DNA from: Hormiphora californensis
Lineage: Eukaryota > Animalia > Ctenophora
Direction: 5' to 3'
NCBI GenBank assembly: GCA_020137815.1
Contig: CM035356.1
Span: forward strand, 5,146,001-5,210,000
Length of the DNA: 64,000 nt
Below are positions 36,215-51,959 of this stretch, one piece after another (positions within the stretch are counted from its first letter, which is position 1; every line of letters starts with the position of its first letter). Position numbers and translations under genes: made by a program. The notes beneath the pieces are model-generated. The model did no database searches. It was not told the origin of the DNA and was given only the letters and a program-made list of their open reading frames with translations.

Positions 36215-36492
36215 ATTACATGTGTAGTTGGGAGCGCTAAAGAGTAGAGGGGATTGTTTCGTGTTATAGTTGGGAGAGCTATAGTGAGGGTTGATCTTGT
36301 TTTAGATTGAGAAGGAGGGGAACAGAGGTGGGGGAATAGGGCGTCGCTATACTATTAGGGAGCTAGTGGGATCGATAGATACACATCAAGTTCACTTTGA
36401 CCTTTTCAAATAAAACCTAAAAATACAAATTAAAAGAGAAGTGAGATGTGTTGCTCCATCGTGCCACCACCACCGTTCCATCACTATGATGT

Positions 36493-41248
<4,756 letters not shown>

Positions 41249-41766
41249 ACTGAAGAAGCGTCGCAGTAAAGCAATAGTGTTGCCCTCCTAACGGAAAGTA
41301 ATGATATTATTTCGAGGTGGAAGATAATGTGTAATATATGTGTCTCCTGATCCTGCAGTGGGATCTGACTCATGTTTTGGTGAGTCTCGGGTCCCTATTT
41401 TAAGGCCGCGGTCGCCGTTACGGTCTGGGTATACTGCACTTAAACGGTTCTAACCATCAGACAACTGAACCGTTTTAGCTAATTCAAAGTTAACCTTTCA
41501 AGAAATCTCATGAACCAAACCGAAAATTCTGACAGTATCACAAGGCGGTCACCTCATCACTCTTGTTGATAAATGGGGGCAGAACCAAGGGGCAGTTTAG
41601 CATGTTTTTGGGAAGATAGAACAAAGGGCCAAGAAACAATAACCAAAACTTATGTATTAAAAAGGTCAAATTGTAAACCATAACATTATAAGTCAATATA
41701 TATTTCGATAAATTATTATGTATACCTGATCTAATACGGTCCTAACAAAATAAGTTTAGCTAAGTT

Positions 41767-41881
41767 CAGGAACCGACCGACACAAGTAAACGACCAATTA
41801 GAACTCGTTATTTAGGTCACGTGACTGGTTATCAGCCAATCAGGGCCAGGGACCAGTATTTCTTTATTCCATCGGTTCCTC
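41767..41881. mobile_element. hAT-like MITE, copy 4 (diverged), overlapping the 3' end of the BTB ORF
   Basis: Family match; 8-bp TSD gctaagtt at 41759-41766 and 41882-41889. Confidence 0.85.
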
Positions 41882-43486
41882 GCTAAGTTCCACTTTTGGC
41901 CAGTTTGTGCAAAACTCTATCTTACCATTACGTTTCCAGTACATGTAAAGTCGACCAAGAGAACCAGTTACAGTATTTAGATCACTGCACAATGTGAAAT
42001 GAGTAGAGTGATCGTGAATAGAGTCAACGATAATATGTTGTAGAAAATCAGGGTCTTGGTGAAAGTGAGCATCTGTTTTAGCCGCCAAAATTGCTCGATC
42101 CTCCACCAATTTAATGGTAACAACTGGCCATGATTTTTCGTCTTTTACATCCAATAAAACCTCAATCGCAACTTTGCATTCTTTGCCGGACTCTCGTGGG
42201 TTTTCATCACAGTAACTATCTCCATCGTCCATATGGAGGTCGAGGAATTGCACTTCAGAGTGGTGAAATGGCAAGCTCAATCGGGCAAGAGAAATTCTAC
42301 TATAACTCAATTGGCATGACCAGCCCTTAACTGCCTTCATGTACTGACTTAAAACACCTTTTATTTTAGGGTTATGTTCTGGGTAGCTAAAGAAATGTAG
42401 TTCACACACTCCTAAAGAAGCCCAGGATTTCCTCTTATCCAGTGCCACTGTTATCGCCTTAACTACTTCCGGTAAAGATGAGTCACCAAACACGTCACAG
42501 CAGTATTCAAGGGAAGATACAAACTGGATAAATGATTTGATCCTCGGATCCTTATCAAGCACTTTAACAGCATCCAAGAATGAGGTACATCGACCAAGAG
42601 CGGGTATTTCGATCGGGTAAACAATCACATTTTGCAGATTGGTGCTATTGCTACTAGGATTATTTTGGAGACTAGTAACATTAGAGACGGGAACCCTTGC
42701 AAAAATCTTAAAGAGGGACATCAGATCTTCCTTAGAAAGACATAGTTCCATAGTTTCCAATAGTCGCTCATACACATTTTGGTCCGAGTGGAAGCAAAGT
42801 GTCAGAGGTGCACTCCTTAGGAACCTCTTTTCAACATCAGATAGTTTCACAGGATGGGGGTTACCTTTAAAATTCTCGATTAGCCACTCGTATAGAACAG
42901 ATCCTTCCTTGCTACTAGCCAGGGATAGACACAGGTCTGTGTTCACGAACTCCTGTTGGTTAGGATCACGGGAGATGAAATCTTTAACCAGCGCCAATCG
43001 AAGAGGAGGTACAACTTGTAGCCCGGTACTAAGAGCATCTTGTAAGTCTCTGTTATTCCTCTCCTTGAGGATGTAGGCTGCTTCTTCGAATAGGAACAAC
43101 GCCAGCTCCAGAGATTCAGAAGTCAGTCCGGAGCAGAGGCCGGTATAGAACTTCAGACACTCTTCAGCCATCCATTCGACTTTGAACACTGCACTCAGCT
43201 TGTTGACCTCTCGAAAGTTTTCCCTGGTCAGAACTGCTGTAGTGCCAGTGTAACAGCAATCCACAAAACTTGCAACTGACGAGTGGGAAAACTCCTCCAC
43301 GTCGAGTTCCTTCATCTGCTGCTTTCCCACTAAGTCACAAATCACTAAACTGTTCATGGCCAATGGGAATGAACTTGTCCGGACCACGTCACCTCCCCTG
43401 CACATCAGTTGCAGATCGTTTAGACCATTCAACTCCAGGTAGTGTCTACCAAAGTTCATTGGCATCGTGCAGGTCTTTACAGCCAT
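41864..43486 (-). CDS. Intronless 540-aa protein with an N-terminal BTB/POZ-like domain
   Basis: Long open ORF. DLQLMCRGG..LAMNS..ELDVEEFSHSSVASFVDCCYTG resembles BTB. Acceptor-like ctctcctgtag ends 7 nt before the ATG. Confidence 0.7.
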   Translation of the reverse strand: MAVKTCTMPMNFGRHYLELNGLNDLQLMCRGGDVVRTSSFPLAMNSLVICDLVGKQQMKELDVEEFSHSSVASFVDCCYTGTTAVLTRENFREVNKLSAVFKVEWMAEECLKFYTGLCSGLTSESLELALFLFEEAAYILKERNNRDLQDALSTGLQVVPPLRLALVKDFISRDPNQQEFVNTDLCLSLASSKEGSVLYEWLIENFKGNPHPVKLSDVEKRFLRSAPLTLCFHSDQNVYERLLETMELCLSKEDLMSLFKIFARVPVSNVTSLQNNPSSNSTNLQNVIVYPIEIPALGRCTSFLDAVKVLDKDPRIKSFIQFVSSLEYCCDVFGDSSLPEVVKAITVALDKRKSWASLGVCELHFFSYPEHNPKIKGVLSQYMKAVKGWSCQLSYSRISLARLSLPFHHSEVQFLDLHMDDGDSYCDENPRESGKECKVAIEVLLDVKDEKSWPVVTIKLVEDRAILAAKTDAHFHQDPDFLQHIIVDSIHDHSTHFTLCSDLNTVTGSLGRLYMYWKRNGKIEFCTNWPKVELSEEPME

Positions 43487-43674
43487 GTGATCTCTACAGG
43501 AGAGTGGATGTGTTAATGGGAGAGGAAGAGAGGTAGGGATATATAACAGGTTTACAGGAATAATATAGATAACCAGAGTTTTACAAGTTTACAAATAAAG
43601 TTATGACAACAGATCTTCCCTTTATGGGTCCACCTAAATAAAAATCAAAATAATCGTCTCCTCACGCCCTATCT

Positions 43675-45750
43675 CTAGACACATACAGCACATTGAGGGG
43701 AAATATCGTTGGGAACTGACGGATAACCTCTGACAGGGGGACGGTCATAAAAGCCTGTCAGGTAATTGCCCAGGGATGATTTGAATTGACCTAAGCTTCC
43801 GCAAGAGTTAACAGCCGCTGGCAACCTGTTCCACAGGTGAGCAGCTCTCGGTCCGAAGGAAGAATGGAACTGATTCGCTCTCCAGGTCTCAGCCCGATAT
43901 GGAAACGGTGGTGGGACTAACCTCATACCCAACCTTGCACTGTGTTGGAACACAAGGTTTGCTGAATTCGGAACAAACCCATGGATCGTCTTCCACACAT
44001 GTATCAACATATAACGTTGTCTTCTGCGTTGAAGAGACATCAGGTTGAGAACCTTCAATCTTCCCCAATAATCATGATTCTGCATTCCCTCGAGACGTCT
44101 TGTAAAACACCTTTGAACGTTCTCAATTGACTTGATGTCACCAGCCTTTGTTGGGTTCCAGACCAGGCAACAATACTCCAAAATTGGTCTGACCAGTGAT
44201 TTGAAGAGTTGTAACATTACCTCTGGTGACCGGTCTCTAAAAACACTGAAAATCCATCCAGATAAAAGAGAAGCTTTCCGCACAATGATGGAAATGTGCT
44301 TGGACCACGAGCCATCTGAAGACATCTGAACACCCAAGTCACGGACATCGGGTTCGGGAATCAGTTGAACTCCAGAGTCTGTAGTGTACGAACTCATTTC
44401 AGTTGAAAAAGGAAGTTCCTTGAAGATTGCTGATTTGTTCAGTCTATAACTCAAGAGCTGAAACTTTTGATCATGGAGGACCATATTATTCACTTTGGCC
44501 CATTCCGTGACCCTCAGAAGATCTGCCTGCAAGCCAGCCTGATCGACCATATCTGAAATAGCTTTCATTAACTTAGTATCATCAGCAAAGGTGAGACACA
44601 TACTGCCATCCAGTACAGACTCCAGATCCAGTATGTAAATAAGGAAGAGAAGAGGACCCAGGACACTGCCCTGCGCCACCCCGCTGAGCACCTCCACCCA
44701 TGATGTCCTCACCCCGTCCACCATAACACACTGTTGCCTACCCAGGATCCACGCACTGATCCACTGAAGTAGTTTTCCTCCGATCCCGTACCTTTTCAAC
44801 TTGGCCAGCAGCACATAGATATCCACTGAATCGAACGCTTTCGAAAAATCTAAGTAGATCACGTCTACTTCACGGTCCCCACAGAGCTCTGTCAGGATGA
44901 AATCAACATGGGATAACAGTTGGGACATAGTACTACGACCTTTCCGAAGTCCATGTTGTGTTTCACTCTGTAATTCCATATCGTCCAGATAATCAGCTAT
45001 CCTCTGTCTAACAAGCCGCTCAAACACCTTCGACAAGTGACTGGTGATAGACACCGGCCGATAATTCTCTGTTCTGGATTTAGACCCCTTTTTAAATATG
45101 GGTGTTATGAACTGTTGTTTAAGACAATTTGGAACAGTTCCGTTTGCAAATGACTTGTTCCATAACATCCATATAGGATAAGACAAGCTGCTGTTACATC
45201 GTTTCAGAATACATGAAGGAATACAGTCCGGAGGTGAGGCCGAAAAAAGTTTCAGTTCCTCCAATGCACTCTGGATACAATTCTGTGAAAACTCCATGCT
45301 GGTCAGGATCTCACCAAGGTCCTCAATGTTACCCGCTGCCACAGAGGGATCAATTGCCGCAGGATCGCTGAAAACGCTAGCAAACTGATGTTGTAGTAAG
45401 TTAGCCTTCTCCAGGGGGTCCACAGTTAAGGAACCATCCGCACGCTCAAGGGGGGCAACTGATGATTTAACCTTGGAGTTCTTTTTAACGTGAGTATAAA
45501 AGTACTTGGGGTTCACCTTGATAGCACCCACAGCCTTCCTCTCCACTTTCTTGTCCCTTGATATCAGATGGGATTTGATTTTCTGAATTAAGCATTCCAT
45601 CTCCGATTTCCACTTTACCGAATCGTTCTCACGTTTATCAAGTTTACGCCTCCTGCTAGTCAGATGCCTGAGTTCTTTGTCTACAAGGTCCTTCCGCATT
45701 TTCTTCACTCGACAATGAGCCCGGTGTCCCGATTTTTTTTTCACGCCTGG
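43675..45750 (-). pseudogene. ORF2 3' part: reverse transcriptase
   Basis: NYRPVSIT, YLDFSKAFDSV, SGVAQGSVLGPLLF, FADD, VRDLGV, LVRPILEY. Confidence 0.92.
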
Positions 45751-46508
45751 AATTTTCATTTTGGGAGCTCGTTTTGCTGCAGGAATTTTACTATTTGCTG
45801 CAGTCATGGATAGGGATTTTGCCGTCCTAAAATACCCCGGCAGTCCCAGTACCCCTAACATTGGAATATTTCCCTACTGCAGTCCCTATAAGGTTGGAAT
45901 ATTCCTTGGAATATTCCATCTTTGCAGTGCCTGCTGCAGTGCTGCTGCAGTAGTGGAAATTCCTTGGAATATTCCATCTCTGCAGTGCCTGCTGCAGTGC
46001 TGCTGCAGCAGTGGAAATGTCTTGGAATATTCCACTCAGGGACTGCAACAGTGACTATAACGATCTCACCCCTTTGTAAAGCTATGGGGGAAAAAGAGAG
46101 CTATGTTAAAGTATGAATCTCTCTTTTCTTCCCCTTCCCTGCTGCAGTGCTGCAGCCACTGCAGAGATGGAAAATTCCGAGAAAATTCCACTCAGGTACT
46201 GCAACAGTGACTATAACGATCTCACCCCTTTGTAAAGCTATGGGGAAAAAAGAGATCTTTGTTAAAGTATGAATCTCTCTTTTCTTTCCCCCTCCCCCTT
46301 ACTCGACTGTTGTCGGTGCATTACGCACAACTGGGGCATGCCCCAACATATTCTATCTCTCTGTTACACACTGTTAACACTGCAGCACTGCTGCAGCTGT
46401 ATCTCTGTGTGTAAGTATGGGAAATATCTTCCCCAATATTTTTTCATTTTGCTGCAAGGATTTTGTTTTGCTGCAGAATTTTTGCATTTATCTTTCCTTC
46501 ATATTCCA
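45748..46508. mobile_element. ~760-bp insertion splitting LINE ORF2, with internal duplications
   Basis: Removing it rejoins ..VPISG and GVKKK... Short inverted ends ctggaat/attccag; internal repeats of tgcagtgctgc/ggaatattcc and a ~100-bp duplication. Boundaries approximate. Confidence 0.65.
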
Positions 46509-47464
46509 GAGATCGGGACACTGGGACAATGAGACTTGACAACCTTGAAAACTCTGTCTCGAATAGCTTCCACAAACAGTGACCCATCCTCATCACCCAG
46601 GGCCTCGCATTCAACTAGCAGTTGGTCCCAATCAGTAGCTGCGAGGTCAGCATCGATACTCGTAAAGTCGGCTGAATGGAGATCCAGTTGCCGATAACCT
46701 TCAAGTTTACTAGGCAGAAATAGACTTGCTGGACCGAGAGGGTTGAAAGTGAGGTGGCATGACACCCACAAATGATCTGATACACCCTCATCAGTAATGG
46801 AAATGTTGCTGAAGTAGTCCGGTCGGTTGGTGAACACTAGATCTAACGTATTGTTGCCCCTGGTAGGGCCCTCTACAACCTGGGATAGAAAGTTCGTGTC
46901 CATAAAGTCCGATACTACATTGTAGTTGGGCTGATCAACCGGAACCGATGACCCGTCAACCCAATTGAAGAGAGGGAGATTGAAATCCCCTAATACTACC
47001 ACTTCTGGTAACCCACTCTCACTGTACTTATCTATAAATGACTGTAATGTGTTCATGAGTCTTTGGAAGTCCAACACACTTGACTCTGATCGATACACAG
47101 CTGCAAATATAGTATTTATTTGGCTAACATAGACAGCTTTTAAATTGTTATACAAACTAGCAAAACATATACTATCAGAAACAGCCAGCGACGAGTGAAC
47201 ATACAAAGCACAGCCTCCACCAACTCTGCTCACTCTGTCACTCCTATAAACGTTATATCCTGGTATCTCAACCTGAGCATCTGAGTGATACCCTTTAAAC
47301 CAGGTTTCAGTTACTGCAATGGCTACTGTCGGAGTTTTCTCATTTCTTATACAATCTCTAATAAGACCGAGTTTCCAGCACGTATCACCTGCCGGACTTA
47401 AACTCCTTGCATTAAGCAGTAGTAGTTTACTTGTAGTCGAAACAGTCCCTAACGATCTCTCCAA
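46509..47464 (-). pseudogene. ORF2 5' part: APE endonuclease
   Basis: LNARSL, VTETWF, GGGCALYV, GDFN, PTRGNNTLDLVF, SDH. Confidence 0.92.
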
Positions 47465-48657
47465 TAACTTTGATTCGGGCGTATCTTCTCTATATCCTCG
47501 AACCTCTGGTCCAGCATCTGTTTCATTCTCACTTCCATTCTCCCTAACAGTCTCTCTAAAAAAGCATCATCGTCGAATCGGGATGGTTCACGGGTGCCAT
47601 TGGAGCTACCACTCGGATTTTGGGATCGTGGTATCTCCGTATCTCTAGCGTAGGTCGGCTCCGCCCTTCCGACACCAGAAGACATGTTTCTGCTAGGATT
47701 GGAATTCTCGTCCACTGCAACTCGACGGGTGTTCTTGAGATGCTGAAAACGACAGTCCTTCTTGAGGCATTCGTGCCTGAACTGGGAAGAGCGGCAGATA
47801 GGTGGATGGTAATATCGACACTCTTTCCCCAGCTGACAGCCGTATTTCTTCATGGACCCATGGGCACAGTATCTCCGGCACATTGGGGGGTGTGACTTCT
47901 GGCATGAAACTCCGTCGATCTTCTTCGTTCCGTAGCGGCCGTACTTGCACCGATTTTGTAGGTAGTGTTGGCACACCGGGATCGGCTTATCGTCTTTCTT
48001 CTTGCTCTCATCAGCCTCCTCCACACTGTTGATTTTCTGACCGGGTGGCTTCTGCTGGTGTTCTGGTTTGGTGTCTCCAACCTCTGACATGAAGCTGAAC
48101 CTCCTCCTTAGGGCGTCGTCCGAAGCCTCACTTGCAGCACTCTTGGGAGGGCTTGCAAACTCCCCACTGGAACCCACAAATTTTTCCAGTGTGTGTTTCT
48201 TGCAACACATGTGACAAATCCACTTGAAACCTGGAATAGAGCACAGCGGTTGCTCCTGGATTAAGGTGCAATTATGGCTCCCTGCCCCACAACTTCCACA
48301 ATTGAACCTGGATTTCTCACACCTTTTTATCACATAGTCTTTCTCGCATGCCTCACAAAATTGCGGAAATAGACTCTCAATAGCCATGATCAGCCAATCA
48401 ATGAGACTGGCCTTGTCACGGTACCGTTTTTCCTTTCCGTCCTCAGTGCGGGGTTTCCCCCCAAAGAATAGCGCAGCCTCCTCCAAAACAATGTCCGTAA
48501 AACGATCAAGTGCCTTGAGATTGGTCTGGTACCTTTTAGCTGTAGGACTGTAGGCCTTCACGATCCGTTTCACCTCATCACTACAGTCGGGGTCATCACA
48601 TAGCTCCGACAGCACTGCTTTCTGTTTCACTAGTATCTCGTTTGACATATCCGGCAT
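47449..48657 (-). CDS. LINE ORF1 with PHD finger and CCCH-like repeats
   Basis: CEAC..CGSC...HNC..WICHMC (PHD), then CQHYLQNRC..C..H, CRRY..C..C.YYH, CRSS..C..C..H. Confidence 0.85.
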   Translation of the reverse strand: MPDMSNEILVKQKAVLSELCDDPDCSDEVKRIVKAYSPTAKRYQTNLKALDRFTDIVLEEAALFFGGKPRTEDGKEKRYRDKASLIDWLIMAIESLFPQFCEACEKDYVIKRCEKSRFNCGSCGAGSHNCTLIQEQPLCSIPGFKWICHMCCKKHTLEKFVGSSGEFASPPKSAASEASDDALRRRFSFMSEVGDTKPEHQQKPPGQKINSVEEADESKKKDDKPIPVCQHYLQNRCKYGRYGTKKIDGVSCQKSHPPMCRRYCAHGSMKKYGCQLGKECRYYHPPICRSSQFRHECLKKDCRFQHLKNTRRVAVDENSNPSRNMSSGVGRAEPTYARDTEIPRSQNPSGSSNGTREPSRFDDDAFLERLLGRMEVRMKQMLDQRFEDIEKIRPNQSYWRDR

Positions 48658-48694
48658 CGTCTTCCGGGGTGGTCAGGCAGACATTTGGCTGAAA

Positions 48695-48736
48695 CTCAAA
48701 TTAATTTGTTTAAAGTAGTGTTGAAAAGTTTGAAAC
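48695..48736 (-). other. Second genomic spliced-leader copy at a LINE 5' end
   Basis: Reverse complement is gtttcaaacttttcaacactactttaaacaaattaatttgag, ending 37 nt before the ORF1 ATG. Confidence 0.85.
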
Positions 48737-48802
48737 CATATCCATATCCCAGGCCCCAGTTTTTGCCACCACTCCTGCTGAATGTAATAAAATCATTTAT
48801 AC

Positions 48803-48958
48803 ATAAAGTCGGATTTTTTGAAGTTGTCACCCCCCTTTTCGTGCGCGGAATGTTTTTGCGCGTCACATCACATGTTAACGTGTGGTGTGCGCGTCAAATT
48901 TGATAAATTTCATATGCGCGGTCATTTGGGGGTGACAACTTCAAAAAATCCGACTTTA
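48803..48958. mobile_element. Palindromic repeat related to 3873-4097
   Basis: IR taaagtcggattttttgaagttgtcacccc. Confidence 0.75.
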
Positions 48959-49669
48959 CCACTTTATGGAGGCGAGACACTGTGTTGAGACGCGCACAAT
49001 GCGACGCGCATGCGACGCGCATTTTGGCATTGCGACGCGCACCCTGTTTTGAATTTCGAGTAAAACTGCCAAAAAAAGTTGAAAAAATTTTGTCTCCAAA
49101 AGTTTCAAAATCTTTTTTGTTTGACTTACGGCATGCTTGCGGACGAAAATAAGTTGGATAACGGTGGAGTAAAATCCCTTTTATGGTCAAATTTTGACTT
49201 TTTTGGCAATAACTCTGTCATTTCTTGTCCACATCGCACAATCTTAGGCTCGTTGGGAAGAGAGTATCGAGGACTTTCCAATGATTAAACGGTCAATAAA
49301 GTCAGGGCTAAATCTCTGAGGCTGTTTAAAAAAGGCGTGTTTTGAAGCTTTCTGTGTAATTTCTTCGCCATTGTAGCGCTGATTTTGATGTCCTGAGCTG
49401 TAGTCAAGCTTTCAATTTGAAGGAGCTCAATGCAAAATTTTCAAAAACGTCTCTACCAAACCTATTTCGTAGCAGATAGACAACCATATGCTTTCAAGTT
49501 AATTAGATATGTTAAAGTCGAACGCTGATTTACCAGCGTGATTATCAGCGTGATTATCGGCGGATTATCATGTATCTCTCGCGTCTCCGTTGAAGAGATA
49601 AAATTCCCAGCTGTGTCAGCCTTTCCCTTGTGCTGTTGCACCTCCCCCCCCGTAGTATGAACAATACAA

Positions 49670-50790
49670 CCTTTCCCAGTAGTTAAGGCCTTGACATTCC
49701 GCAATTCTCCTGGTAAAGAATCTCTGTATAGTTTCGATCTTGATAACATCTCCGATCTTGGTTGGAGACCATAAGGGAGAACAGTATTCAAGTTTGGGTC
49801 TTAGCAGTGACTTGAGGAGAGTTACCATAGTCTTCTCGGAGCGGTCTCTGAACAGTGAACACCCCAAGAATCCATCCTGCTAGACGTTTTGCTTCACCGG
49901 TGATGGTGTTAATGTGGGTAGACCATGATCCATCGTTTGTCATGTTGACTCCAAGATCTCTCACACAAGTAGTAGGTTCGATAGCTTCGCCTGATGGGGT
50001 GTAATACCTGTAATACTCCGAGTTGAAGGGCATCTCCCGGAGTTCTCTGGTCTTGTTAAGGGTGTAGTTTAGGACTTCAAACTTCTGCTCATGCAGCAGC
50101 ATATTGTTTCTTCCCGACCATTCCGCTATCTGTTCCAGATTTTCTTGTAGGGCATCCCTGTCTTCCAATCCAGTAATTGCTTGGCGGCTTTTGGTGACGT
50201 CCGCGAAGGTAAGCGTACCTCCCGTCGTCCGGGATACCAAGTCACACACATATATGATGAATAGAAGGGGTACAAGCACAGATCCCTGGATGACACTACT
50301 GGTGACACTATCGGCCCTGGAGCATGCTCCGTCTATCACCACAGTCTGACCTGCCAGTGAGGAAGGCTCTGATCTACTGAAGTAGTCTTCCTCTGATACC
50401 ATATCTTTTCAGTTTATGAAGAAGGATACTGATATCAACCTTATCAAAGGCTTTACTGAAGTCGATGTAGGCCACATCTACTTCACTCCCTTGGTTGAGG
50501 TCCTCCAGGATTACATCGAGTAAGGCAGCTACGTCCTGATCTGAATCCGTGTTGTTCGTTGTTTAGAATACCTTGCCACTCAACAAATTCAGTTATCTCC
50601 TTGCACACCACTCGTTCGAAGGTTTTGGTCACGTGGCTGGTCAGTGCTACCGGTCGGTAGTTCTCAGCTATACTTTTGTTTCCTTTCTTGAAGATAGGGG
50701 CTATCTGCTGTCTCTTCAACTCCTCCGGAATATTTCCCTCAGCAAAGGATTCTGTCCACAGTCTCCACAGGGGGTAGGCTGGGATGGAAT
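49670..50790 (-). pseudogene. Degenerate CR1-group reverse transcriptase fragment
   Basis: NYRPVALT, IDFSKAFDKVD, QGSVLVPLLF, FADV (catalytic D lost), VRDLGV, LRPKLEYC, spread across frameshifts. Confidence 0.9.
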
Positions 50791-50797
50791 GGTAGTG

Positions 50798-50867
50798 ATG
50801 TGGTGCTGAACTGAGCTTCGCTCTTCTCGGCGCGCCAAGAAGAGCGAAGCTCAGTTCAGCACCACAT
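50798..50867. repeat. 70-bp near-perfect hairpin
   Basis: atgtggtgctgaactgagcttcgctcttct..ggcgcgcc..agaagagcgaagctcagttcagcaccacat. Confidence 0.85.
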
Positions 50868-51375
50868 GGCGCGCCATACCACTGCAAGCCCGATCAGTCA
50901 ACCTCCGCGTCGGTCCATCCTGGAAACGTACTCCGCGTGTGTGGTCCGGTTTTTCGCTCGGGGGTTGGGTGGTCTTGGGCCTTGTTATGGGTTTTTCATA
51001 TCATTCTGTAAAAAGTTAGGGGTATCTCTCTTTCTCCATGTTTCTCTTTCTTCCTTCGAGAAAGTGAGAGAGAAAGAGGGAGATAGAGAAAGAAAGAGAA
51101 AGAAAGAGAGACACAGAGATGTGGATAGGGTCATAGAGTTTGAATAACAGAAATGTATCAGGATTTAATGCAGATTAGTTTGTAGGTATGTTAACTTTAT
51201 TGAAGGCGTTGCCATGGTTAATTAGTAAGCAGGGATTGCTAACTGCTAAGTTATCTTCTTTTGTTATTCTGGTACGGAACCTGTGACAGGTAATGTGATA
51301 TTTCAAACTTATCTATCTGTTGTATGCTTGGTAACGCAACTACCCATAATTGCGGGCACGCTGAAACGTGCCTTA

Positions 51376-51734
51376 CTATCGCAATATACTGTAGAGGGGT
51401 AACTGAACGATGATGTAGTCAGTTAGTGTAGTGTGGTTCTGGTACCGTTTAGTTTTATCTGCATTTGAGCCGGGGGATGCACCGAAAAATGGTGCAGCGG
51501 CTTCCAGGTGAGCACATTTGAATGTGCGGATGATGTCTAGATTCTTGGTGTAATCCAAATCATGGCGGTAGGCATACAGGACCTTTTTGGTGATATGATT
51601 TCCAACGGCAAGGGCATTGCCATCACTTTTGTCATCAGTAGGTGTAGCCATATTCGTCATATCTGGCATGGCTAGAGCCTACAAAGAGGTATTCGAAAAC
51701 GCACGGGCGTGCGCCTCAAATTAATGTTGAAAAG
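51376..51734 (-). pseudogene. 5' fragment of a third LINE: internally deleted SL plus ORF1 start
   Basis: cttttcaaca-ttaatttgag at 51734-51715. The ORF MPDMTN..LEAAAPFFG..KRYQN..L.DYII aligns with MPDMSN..LEEAALFFG..KRYRD..L.DWLI of 47449-48657. Confidence 0.8.
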
Positions 51735-51959
51735 CCTAGGGGTCCAATTCAGCCAGTGCAGCTTCAATACAACAAGGGGTGAAGTCAAGTTCATCTAGCG
51801 TGCAGGTCGTTGAAGGAATGTCCTTGATAGCCCCCCCCCATCCGGAGCAAACCCAAATTGCTGAATATTTTATTTTTGAGATATATTTTCCAGAGGGTCC
51901 CATCCGTTTGTTTTCGGGCGGTCCAAAGAAAAACGGGTGTTGTTGCAAAGGCCAAAACC

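Larger units (their letters stand above)
43635..48735 (-). mobile_element. CR1-group non-LTR retrotransposon, full-length but ORF2 interrupted
   Basis: SL copy, PHD-finger ORF1, APE fragment, insertion, RT fragment, short T-rich 3' end (approximate). Confidence 0.88.
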
